A DNA stretch of 64,000 nt from an uncultured Acidobacteriota bacterium (lineage in GTDB: Bacteria > Acidobacteriota > Blastocatellia > Pyrinomonadales > Pyrinomonadaceae), in the NCBI GenBank assembly GCA_963711585.1, contig CAVQEU010000002.1:175711-239710 (forward strand), written 5' to 3'. Below are positions 35,853-46,092 of the stretch, piece after piece (position 1 is the stretch's first letter; every line of letters starts with the position of its first letter). The position numbers were made by a program, and so were the translations under genes. The notes below the pieces were generated by a model that searched no databases, was not told the DNA's origin, and worked only from the letters and a program-made list of their open reading frames with translations.

Positions 35853-35861
35853 GGGGGGGGG
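35853..35861 (+). repeat. G9 homopolymer tract (second), abutting GTG 35863
   Basis: Counted from the sequence and consistent with all three overlapping track ORFs. Confidence 0.95.
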
Positions 35862-35862
35862 C

Positions 35863-36675
35863 GTGTTGCCGGTCATCTCCATCATGGTCGAGACGACGAG
35901 CCACATCTGCGCCCAAACGTTCTTCGACCCCATCCCGACGCTGTGGCACGTCATCATGGTGGTGTTCGTGCCGCTGGCCCATTTTCAGGTCTGGCTGGCC
36001 GTGGACAAGGGCTCCACGGAGCGCCCCGTGCTGCTCGGGCTGGCGAACGCGGCGGCCATAGGCATCTCAGCCTGCTACACGATTGTTTATCTGCCGCTGC
36101 TGCCGCTCGCTTTCGCCGCCCTGGTCTTGATGGGGCTGGGGCTCCTGCGCGGGACGTACAGTGACACGGAGTTGACGGGGCCTGCGAACGTCTTGCGCGT
36201 GGAGAGGGCCGCGGAGGTCACAGAGTCGTGGACACGCGATTCTTCGAAGCAGGGCGGCGAAGTGATTCGACAGTTCATACGAGAGGGGGAAACTCGCGTG
36301 CCTTCGCGCGTCGTCCTCGTCGTTGACACGTCGCTCGGCATGAAGGGGCAGGGCGCGGAAATTGACGCGCCGTGCAGCGGCGTGCGCATGCTCTGGGTTG
36401 GCCTCTTCCTCGTTTGTGTGCTCGCGGCCGTTTACGACCTGCGCCCGCTCAGGACCTTGTACAGCGTCGCGGCGGCTTTCGTCGTCATCATCTTCGGCAA
36501 CGTCTTTCGCGCCGTGGCGCTCTTTTACCTGGAAGCGAAAGTGGTAGAGATGCCGTCGTGGTCTCACGAATACGTCGGTGTGGTTGCGTTCGTCGTCATC
36601 GCCGCGGGCATCGTCCTGATCGTCCGGCGCATGAGGGAAGGAGAGAAGCTGTGCGCTCAACCGCTCTCTATCTAG
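35863..36675 (+). CDS. exosortase/archaeosortase-family protein (subtype undetermined; start uncertain)
   Basis: Polytopic. Candidate catalytic residues are IDAPCSGVR (Cys171), GNVFRAV (Arg216) and SHEYVG (His235), with spacing as I recall for the family. Confidence 0.65.
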   Translation: MLPVISIMVETTSHICAQTFFDPIPTLWHVIMVVFVPLAHFQVWLAVDKGSTERPVLLGLANAAAIGISACYTIVYLPLLPLAFAALVLMGLGLLRGTYSDTELTGPANVLRVERAAEVTESWTRDSSKQGGEVIRQFIREGETRVPSRVVLVVDTSLGMKGQGAEIDAPCSGVRMLWVGLFLVCVLAAVYDLRPLRTLYSVAAAFVVIIFGNVFRAVALFYLEAKVVEMPSWSHEYVGVVAFVVIAAGIVLIVRRMREGEKLCAQPLSI

Positions 36676-37181
36676 CCGCCTGTCTGCTGGCCGCAATCGT
36701 CCCCTGGCTGCCGCTCAAATCAGGGGCGCGGGGCGTAGAGACTTCGGCCGCGTTCCCCGGCTGGCCCACGCAGTTTGAAGGAAGACAACTGACGATGCTG
36801 CCGCTCTCGGAACGTGAGCAGCGTTTCGGCGGCGGCTTCCCGGGCCGCATCGCGCGCTTCACGGACGGCGAGCGCGAGATAGTCATACGCTGGGTGACGG
36901 AGGCTTCGCGCAAGCTGCACCCCGCGTCGGACTGTTTCGAGGGAGTCGGCTATCACGTGAGTCCTTTGCCGCTGAGGGTGGACGACGAGGGAAAGCGTTG
37001 GGGAAGCTTCACGGCCGCCCGGCAAAACGAGAGGCTGCGCGTCTCTGAAAGAATCTACGCCGACGGCGGCGACAGTTGGTCGGACGTGTCCGCGTGGTAC
37101 TGGGCCGCAACGAGCGACGCAGCCGCCGGACCCTGGTGGGCCGTCACCATCGCCGAGAACTTCACGGAAGCCTCGCCGTGA
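36651..37181 (+). CDS. EpsI-like exosortase-associated protein
   Basis: GTG 36651 follows GGGAAGGAGAG and overlaps the upstream gene by 25 nt. N-terminal TM helix. FPGWPTQFEGRQL..LHPASDCFEGVGYHV resembles the EpsI HsP..C..G.GW motif (from memory). Confidence 0.55.
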   Translation: MRSTALYLAACLLAAIVPWLPLKSGARGVETSAAFPGWPTQFEGRQLTMLPLSEREQRFGGGFPGRIARFTDGEREIVIRWVTEASRKLHPASDCFEGVGYHVSPLPLRVDDEGKRWGSFTAARQNERLRVSERIYADGGDSWSDVSAWYWAATSDAAAGPWWAVTIAENFTEASP

Positions 37182-37201
37182 GATTAGAAACTGTTTGAGA
37201 A

Positions 37202-37398
37202 GTCCCGTCAGGGACGATTGATAATAGCCCAGCACTTCAGTGCTGGGAATACAGTCGAAAATTTTATCGAGTCCCGTAGGGACGACTGAACCGGAGCGTC
37301 ACGCTTGATTCAGCCGTCCCTACGGGACTCAGCTATAATTTCTACTTCACACCCAGCACTGAAGTGCTGGGCTATTTTCATGTCGTCCCTGACGGGAC
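37202..37398. repeat. Family D nested multi-hairpin palindrome (copy D3)
   Basis: Three arm pairs, each block itself a hairpin: gtcccgtcagggacga/tcgtccctgacgggac, aatagcccagcacttcagtgctggg/cccagcactgaagtgctgggctatt, gagtcccgtagggacg/cgtccctacgggactc. Confidence 0.9.
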
Positions 37399-37465
37399 GA
37401 AAAGAGCCTGGCTCGTCTCGATGTCATGGAACTCGTTCATTAATCGTTTAAGGGCCGTAAGTCTG

Positions 37466-37533
37466 CTTTGCGCCTTTGCGTCTTGGCGTGAGAAAATTTA
37501 AATCACTCACGCCGGAGACGTAAAGGCGCAAAG
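37466..37533. repeat. Family A octamer-arm hairpin (copy A6)
   Basis: ctttgcgcctttgcgtcttggcgtgag..ctcacgccggagacgtaaaggcgcaaagg. Confidence 0.85.
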
Positions 37534-37545
37534 GATTTCTTGAGC

Positions 37546-37893
37546 ATGATCAGGCTGCCCGAATCAGACGAAGACTTGTTGCGGGAGTGCGAGGTGGATA
37601 CGTTCCGCGCGAGCGGCCCCGGCGGCCAGCACGTCAACAAGACGGAGACGGCAGTCCGCATCAAGCACCTGCCGACCGGGCTCGTCGTCACCTCGCGCGA
37701 GGAGCGCAGCCAGTACAGGAATAAGTCCGCCTGTCTGCAAAAGCTGCGCGAGCGCGTCGCGCGGTTGAACCACCGGCCGCCCGCGCGCGTGCCGACGCGC
37801 GTCCCGCGCAGCGCCAAAAACCGCACGCTCGAAGCCAAAGCGCGCCGCTCGCGCCTCAAGCGGCAGCGCGCGAAACCGTCCGCGGACGAGTAG
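37546..37893 (+). CDS. arfB: alternative ribosome-rescue factor ArfB (peptidyl-tRNA hydrolase, GGQ domain + basic tail)
   Basis: [16 protein letters not shown] motif and an Arg/Lys-rich C-terminal tail. Start is ATG 37546, or TTG 37540. Confidence 0.8.
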   Translation: MIRLPESDEDLLRECEVDTFRASGPGGQHVNKTETAVRIKHLPTGLVVTSREERSQYRNKSACLQKLRERVARLNHRPPARVPTRVPRSAKNRTLEAKARRSRLKRQRAKPSADE

Positions 37894-37949
37894 GCGGGCG
37901 GTGGCGGCGGCCGCGTGTTAGTATCGAGGGCCGGGGGGAGATTCCTTAA

Positions 37950-38306
37950 ATGATAACTGTCGCTAATCGCATCTACGTCGGGCGGGAGTACATGGATGCC
38001 TTTGAGGAGAGGTTCCGCGAGCGCGCGGGGCTGGTGGACAAGATGCCTGGGTTCGTTTCCAATCTGGTCCTGCGGCCCGTCAACGACGGAGAACCTTACG
38101 TGGTCTTCACAATCTGGCAGAGCCGCCAGGACTTTCTCAACTGGGTGCGCTCCGACGAGTTCGTGAAGGGGCACGCGCAGTCCGGCACGCTGCCCAGGGA
38201 AGCGTTCACAGGGCCGAACGTCCTTGAGATGCATGAAGTCGTGCAGGACTCCGCGCGGCCCGAGTTAGAGCCGGAGCCACCGGGCGGCCCGTTCAAGATG
38301 CATTAG
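37950..38306 (+). CDS. antibiotic-biosynthesis-monooxygenase (ABM) domain protein
   Basis: 118 aa. ..FEERF..PGF....LRP......YVVFTIWQSRQDFLNW pattern. Confidence 0.75.
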   Translation: MITVANRIYVGREYMDAFEERFRERAGLVDKMPGFVSNLVLRPVNDGEPYVVFTIWQSRQDFLNWVRSDEFVKGHAQSGTLPREAFTGPNVLEMHEVVQDSARPELEPEPPGGPFKMH

Positions 38307-38336
38307 CCTGCGCCCGGCCGACGCATGGGTTTTTTG

Positions 38337-38990
38337 TCAGTGGCCGAATTCGTAGGTGAGGATGCCGCTCGCGTAGATGAGCGGCCCGTCAACAAACGTG
38401 GGCGTGAAACGTGCGCGGCAGGCCGCCTCGCGCGCCGCCTGTCTCAGATACGTGTGGCCGGAGATGCTCTGCGCCCACACGACTCTGCCGTCTGTGTCAA
38501 CCAGCACCGACACCGCTGCCACGCCCCGCACCTTTGCGGACCTGAACGTAGGCGCGTAGCTCGGCGGCGGCTTGCGGACAGCTTTCTTGTCCACCACCCC
38601 GACCCAGATGGGATTGTCTAAAGAGGGGACTACACGCAGATTGTCGTAGCAGGAATAATCGCCCGCCTGAACGGAATTGACCGTCTCCTCCTGAACAGCG
38701 GTCGCCCAGGCGAAATCCGACGCGGGGCGACCGGGCATCTCGCAAGTCCCGTGAGTTAAGGGCATGGCGTTAAAGGTGACGATGGCGATGGGCGTCCAGA
38801 TTAGTAGAGTCAGCGCCGCCACCTTGACGTAGTGAAGGCTGATGCCCAGGCTCGTAATCGCCTTCATCGCGATGAAAATGAGCGGGGCGATGATTAGCAC
38901 GTCGGGCATGCCCTCGTAGTTGCCGCTGATGAGGAAGCCGAGCGCGAAGGTGAACAAGGCGAGGGCAAAGTGCAGAATATTCCGTCGCAT
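38337..38990 (-). CDS. membrane protein with C-terminal TonB_C-like domain
   Basis: Three N-terminal TM helices. C-terminus PPPSYAPTFRSAKVRGVAAVSVLVDTDGRVVWAQSISGH..L..AAREAACRARFTP. Confidence 0.65.
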   Translation of the reverse strand: MRRNILHFALALFTFALGFLISGNYEGMPDVLIIAPLIFIAMKAITSLGISLHYVKVAALTLLIWTPIAIVTFNAMPLTHGTCEMPGRPASDFAWATAVQEETVNSVQAGDYSCYDNLRVVPSLDNPIWVGVVDKKAVRKPPPSYAPTFRSAKVRGVAAVSVLVDTDGRVVWAQSISGHTYLRQAAREAACRARFTPTFVDGPLIYASGILTYEFGH

Positions 38991-39046
38991 ACTGTCTCCT
39001 TTTGTCTGTTAGACGCGCGCCGCGAGAAAATGTTCCCGCTACGAAT

Positions 39047-40250
39047 ATGACGTTACCAATCATCAACGCCGAAGCGGCGCGGCTGCTTTTGATGGGCGCG
39101 CAAGGATTGCTCGAAGACCCCGCGCGCGCGGCCAGCGCGTCCTCTCTGCGGAAACTGATCGAGCGGATGGGGTTCGTGCAGTTAGACTCCATCAACGTCG
39201 TCGAGCGCGCGCAGCACCTGACGCTCGGCAGCCGCCTGGACAACTACAGCCACGCGCACTTCGCGGCGCTCCTTGAGAAAGAGCGCAGCCTCTTCGAGCA
39301 CTGGACGCACGACGCCTCGGCCGTCCCCACGAAGTGGTTCGCCCACTGGAAGCCGCGCTTCGAGCGCGACCGCGAGCGCGTCATGAAGAACCGCTGGTGG
39401 CGCGAGCGTATGGGTAACGACGCGGCCAGGGTGATTGACGAGGTGCGCGGGCGCATCGCGCGCGAGGGGCCGCTGCGCTCGCAGGATTTCGAGCGCGACC
39501 ATGACGGACGGCGTCGCCTCCAACGCATGGTGGGGGTGGAAGCCGCAGAAGGCGGCGCTGGAATTTCTCTGGACGACGGGCGAGTTGATGGTCTTGCGCC
39601 GCGACAATTTTCAGAAGGTGTACGATTTGACCGAGCGCGTCCTGCCCGCTCACCACAAAGCGCCCGCGCCCGGCGAGCGAGAGCACGTCGAGTGGGCCTG
39701 CCGTACCGCGCTCGAACGTCTCGTCGTCGCCACGCCCAGAGAGCTGGCACAATTCTGGGACGCCGTGGACATGACTCAGGCGAAGAGTTGGTGCGAAGTG
39801 GCGCTCAGCGAGGGGCGCATCATTGCCGTCTTGGTCGAAGCGGCTGACGGCTCGAAGCCCAGACACGCGTTCGCCGAACCCGGTTGGGAGCGGCGACTGC
39901 GCGCCCTTCCAGGCCCCCCTGAGCGGACGCGCCTCCTGAGCCCCTTCGACCCCGTGTTGCGCGACCGCGCACGCGCGCGCCGCCTCTTCGGCTTTGACTA
40001 CCGCTTCGAGGCTTTCGTCCCGGAGCCGCAGCGGCAATACGGTTACTACGTGCTGCCCATCCTCGAAGGCGACCGCCTCGTGGGAAGGCTCGACCCGAAG
40101 TTCGAGCGGCGCGAGGGGCTGCTCAGCGTGCGTCGAATCCACTGGGAGCCGAATGTGCGCGCGACACGGCTCAGGCTCAGGAATTTGGAGAGGGCCGCGG
40201 AAAGACTGGCCCAACTTATAGGCGCGTCGCGTGTCGCGCTGCCGCGTTGA
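39047..40250 (+). pseudogene. YcaQ/AlkZ-like winged-helix DNA glycosylase gene, frameshifted by a GACG tandem duplication
   Basis: The N-terminal frame (..GFVQLDSINVVERAQHL..) and C-terminal frame (..AWWGWKPQKAALEFLW..YGYYVLPIL..) join exactly if one GACG of 39503-39510 is removed. Confidence 0.8.
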
Positions 40251-40265
40251 AGGGACGAAAGAATT

Positions 40266-40958
40266 GTGAGCACAGGTAAATTCTCATTGACACACTTGGT
40301 CCGCGAGCCGGCGGCGGTGAGCAAGACGCGGCCGCCGCTTCTGATCTTGCTGCACGGCATCGGCAGCAACGAGACGGACTTGTTCGGCCTCGCGCCTTAT
40401 CTCGACGGACGCTTCCTTATCGCCAGCGCGCGCGCGCCCATCTCGATGGGACCGGGCGCGTACGGCTGGTTCAACATAGAGTTCACGCCGCGCGGGTTGC
40501 TGGCCGACATAGAGCAGGCGAAGAGAAGTTTGAGCGCGCTTCCTGGATTCGTGGACGAGTTGGTCGAAGCCTACGGGGCCGACGCGGCGTGCGTCTACCT
40601 GATGGGCTTCAGCCAGGGCGCTATGATGAGTTTGGCCCTTGCGCTCACCACACCTGAAAAAATCGCGGGCGCGGTTTTGATGAGCGGACGCTTCCCCGAG
40701 CAGGCGCTCGACCATGAGCCGGACGCGCTCGCTCTCGAAGGAAAGCCCTTCATGGTCACACACGGCATTTACGACCCGGTGCTCCCGATTGCGGAAGGAC
40801 GCACCGTGCGGGAACGACTGAAGGCGCTGCCCGTAGAGCTGACCTACCGCGAATACCCCATGGGCCACGAGGTCAGCATGGAGAGCCTAAGGGACGTTAC
40901 CGCGTGGCTCAGTCGATCGCTGGACGAGCATTGTTCGGACAAGCTCAGACAAAGTTAA
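40266..40958 (+). CDS. phospholipase/carboxylesterase-family alpha/beta hydrolase
   Basis: LLILLHGIGSNE, nucleophile elbow GFSQGA, HG.YDPV.P, YPMGHEV. Confidence 0.8.
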   Translation: MSTGKFSLTHLVREPAAVSKTRPPLLILLHGIGSNETDLFGLAPYLDGRFLIASARAPISMGPGAYGWFNIEFTPRGLLADIEQAKRSLSALPGFVDELVEAYGADAACVYLMGFSQGAMMSLALALTTPEKIAGAVLMSGRFPEQALDHEPDALALEGKPFMVTHGIYDPVLPIAEGRTVRERLKALPVELTYREYPMGHEVSMESLRDVTAWLSRSLDEHCSDKLRQS

Positions 40959-41252
40959 AGCGGCGACTATTGACATTCATCTTTCAACGGGCATATCGTG
41001 CGCTTGTTCTCAGTCCTCGCATACCTGCTAACGAGAGCCTAAACCCCGACCCTCGTTAGCCTCACGTAACCGCTGATGGTGATAGGCGTCTAATCTGTCA
41101 ACAGGGTGGCAGTCTAATCCTGCAACATGCGCGAAAATGCTAAGAAGCTTGAAGCTGAAGAACGATTAGATGTCTAACCGGGCGTAATTTGTGACGCCTC
41201 TTATTAGGGCGTCTGATTGGCATTGGACTGCTAATTGAAGAGGACGTTAATT

Positions 41253-41645
41253 ATGGAAATTTTCAAATTCATTGGCTCTGGCCTTTTAGTCCTTGGCTCA
41301 ATAGCTGGCTTTTTGATTTTCTCATTCTCCTTTCAAGAATCCCCAAAAAATTCATATGGCGCTCTTTGGCCTCTGTTCATCCTTAGCTTTCTATGTGGAT
41401 GTATACTTTTCTCCTTGGGTTCTAATAAAAACTCTAAGATCAATTTGTTAAAAACGGCGGCTTTTATTCTTTTACTACTTGGCCTCTTATCCGCAGTGAC
41501 CCTCTTCTTGAATGCGTTGGATATAGTCAAGGCCGGAAGCCTAGCGGCTTTATGGGTACTATTCTTACTATGTACAATTTCAGGAATCATAGTGGTGGGA
41601 AGCACAAAAGGCTTAGCGAATGACACCGAAAGATCAAACTATTGA
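41253..41645 (+). CDS. small 4-TM membrane protein, unknown function (low-GC gene)
   Basis: ATG 41253 lies 8 nt after GAAGAGGA. 130 aa with four hydrophobic helices. Markedly AT-rich relative to the window. Confidence 0.5.
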   Translation: MEIFKFIGSGLLVLGSIAGFLIFSFSFQESPKNSYGALWPLFILSFLCGCILFSLGSNKNSKINLLKTAAFILLLLGLLSAVTLFLNALDIVKAGSLAALWVLFLLCTISGIIVVGSTKGLANDTERSNY

Positions 41646-42073
41646 ATGGTTCATTACTTGTTCCCGTCGCCGCCCAACAACCTATCTGAGGTGTGCTAGT
41701 CAAGCGGAACCTCACACTCAAGCCGGATTCTGCGCCGCATAGATGAGTAACGAAGAGCCTTTCTTGCACAGCCCGTCAAGATACTTGACCTCATTCAACC
41801 TGACGCCTCGATAGCTTGCGCTTCGTGGCCTTCCTCTGCCCTGAAGTTCACGTCAATACCTAACTCGTATATGGATTGAATGACGCAGCACAAGTCGGGG
41901 AAGTCGCAGCCTTTAATCACACTGGCCGGTGCGAGTAAGGCGAGGCGGAACTTGTTGGCGTGTTATATACTCCTGACAGCGAAAGCAAGGCCGCCGCGCG
42001 CTTGAAACAAGCGGCTCGCGCGGCGGCCTCTCCGCACAGCCTGTCTCTTCCACGAAAACAGACGCGCGGCCGA

Positions 42074-42107
42074 GGGAGCGCACGTCCCACCCAAGAAGTG
42101 CGCTCCC
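42074..42107 (-). terminator. hairpin 5 nt downstream of the AbrB-like gene
   Basis: gggagcgcac - 14 nt - gtgcgctccc (10-bp perfect stem). A second 13-bp-stem hairpin is at 41988-42029. Confidence 0.4.
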
Positions 42108-42111
42108 ATTC

Positions 42112-42312
42112 TTAGCGGCGCTTACTTCGTTTGGCCGCTTTCTTTTCTGAACGTGAGAGGCGCATCACAACCTCACCTGAAGCAGCCGGCCGAAAAGTCA
42201 GGTAATCGCCCGGCCTCGCCCGCAACTCTTGCAGCAGCGGGCAAGGGACGCGGCCGCGAGTGAGACCAGCATCATTTGTGATTTTGGCCCGGTACTCTTC
42301 TCTTCTTTTCAT
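42112..42312 (-). CDS. small AbrB/SpoVT-like DNA-binding protein (antitoxin-like), tentative
   Basis: ATG 42312 lies 7 nt after AAGGA. 66 aa. ..RVPCPLLQELRARPGDYLTFRP.ASGEVVMRL.. and a basic tail. The fold call is weak. Confidence 0.4.
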   Translation of the reverse strand: MKRREEYRAKITNDAGLTRGRVPCPLLQELRARPGDYLTFRPAASGEVVMRLSRSEKKAAKRSKRR

Positions 42313-42496
42313 GTGAGCGTCCTTCATTGTGTGAAGACGCGCGCTTGTTTGATATGATGCGCGCGGTCTAGTCTTTGAAAACTAAGGCAACGGCAACATG
42401 CGTCGTCTCAAGCCTCAACCTCAAAAGCTGAGTGATGAGCGCCGCCGTTGAGAACAAAAGGAATCTCACGGCGACAAACTTGAGCGGACGGATATT

Positions 42497-42512
42497 ACCC
42501 GTAATTACGGGT
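42497..42512. promoter_or_regulatory. perfect 16-bp palindrome ACCCGTAATTACGGGT, candidate operator of the XRE-like regulator
   Basis: Seen directly in the sequence. It ends 42 nt upstream of ATG 42554. Confidence 0.45.
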
Positions 42513-42553
42513 GAAATCAAGCTGTGCGCTGTCCTGTCGGGAGGTAACTCCTG

Positions 42554-42820
42554 ATGGGCAAGAAAGCGCGTGCGAAGCCGAAACGTCTTGCTGAGAAACT
42601 CGTGCAGATTAGGAATGCTTTGGGCCTGTCTCAGAGCGAGATGTTTAGGCGGTTGGATATTGAGGAGTTTTCCGAAGTCAAAAGGATTTCGGACTATGAG
42701 ACAGGCAAGAGCGAGCCGCCGTTGATCGTTCTCCTGCGGTATGCGCGCGTGGCAGGCGTGCACATGGAAGATATTGTTGATGACGAGATGGACTTGCCAG
42801 GGAAATTGAAAGTGAAGTAG
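42554..42820 (+). CDS. XRE-family helix-turn-helix protein
   Basis: GGGAGG RBS. LVQIRNALGLSQSEMFRRL..ISDYETGKSEP HTH_3 pattern. Confidence 0.7.
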   Translation: MGKKARAKPKRLAEKLVQIRNALGLSQSEMFRRLDIEEFSEVKRISDYETGKSEPPLIVLLRYARVAGVHMEDIVDDEMDLPGKLKVK

Positions 42821-42988
42821 CCGACTTTTTGTGTAAAGCCCTGTCGAGTATTTTTTATTCCCTGCTCTGCCGTAAAGAGGTAAAATCACCGCCCGACAGT
42901 GAGCCGTGACCGCCGGCTTGCGGTCGCGGCCCGACCGTCGGCGTTCCCGTATAACTCCTATCACCTCGTCGGACAGGGAAGGTTTTGT

Positions 42989-45569
<2,581 letters not shown>

Positions 45570-45577
<8 letters not shown>

Positions 45578-45645
45578 TGAATGATGAATCAAAAGCGTTT
45601 GTCTTTTATTCGTCCTTCATCCTTCATCATTCATCATTCATCATT
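45570..45645. repeat. Family B heptamer-arm hairpin, GAATGAT variant (copy B3)
   Basis: ggaatgatgaatgatgaatc - aaaagcgtttgtc.. - ccttcatccttcatcattcatcattcatcatt. The loop core is shared with B2. Confidence 0.85.
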
Positions 45646-46075
45646 GCTTTTCGCCCCAGCGTTCGAGCATCCGGCGACGGTTCTCAAGCTTCTTTTCGAT
45701 GTTCGGCACTTTCATCACGAGGCGTTCGAGGTTGAGCAGGTAGTCGGGCTCGCCTATGGTCTCGCGTATTTCCGCGAGGAACGGTTGGAGCTTGGCGAAC
45801 ACGACGACGTGCTCGGAGTTGGCTTCGAGGAAGAGCTTTTCATCAATGCCGCCGTGGTTGGCGAGCGCGGCGGCCACGTCCCAGTGCGAAGCGACCATGC
45901 GGTAATACGCGCTCTGTCTCTCGCCGCTCAGGAGCAGCGCCACGATCTCCTTACCGCTCGCCGGGAAAAAAGACGAGAAGAACCACTTGCGCGCCTCGCG
46001 CATCAAGGCTTCGCCCCGCAACTCATAAAGTTTAAGAATAGCCAGAGCGTCTTGTGCTTTTGTCTCCATAAGCAT
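45641..46075 (-). CDS. hypothetical protein
   Basis: 144-aa ORF with ordinary composition. Its stop codon lies in the right arm of B3. Confidence 0.6.
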   Translation of the reverse strand: MLMETKAQDALAILKLYELRGEALMREARKWFFSSFFPASGKEIVALLLSGERQSAYYRMVASHWDVAAALANHGGIDEKLFLEANSEHVVVFAKLQPFLAEIRETIGEPDYLLNLERLVMKVPNIEKKLENRRRMLERWGEKQ

Positions 46076-46092
46076 TCATCCTTTCATGTGAA

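Noticed and set aside
36310-36342. VVLVVDTSLGM in the exosortase-like protein read as a vWA MIDAS (DxSxS) motif, suggesting a gene fusion
   Set aside because: Only one short match, with no surrounding Rossmann-like pattern. The segment fits the usual strand-loop preceding the catalytic CSG of exosortases.
40959-41234. Searched the islet edges for a tRNA/tmRNA gene or att-like direct repeats marking an integration site
   Set aside because: I saw no cloverleaf-compatible sequence and no matching direct repeats between the two islet borders by eye. tRNAscan or Infernal would be needed for certainty.
41795-41962. 55-codon minus-strand frame (..ANKFRLALLAPASVIKGCDFPDLCCVIQSIYELGIDVNFRAEEGHEAQAIEASG) downstream of the AbrB-like gene, considered as a decayed toxin gene
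   Set aside because: There is no start codon at its 5' end (the first candidate is a GTG at codon 15), no recognisable family, and the length is not significant at ~50% GC. It could still be a gene remnant, but that is unsupported.
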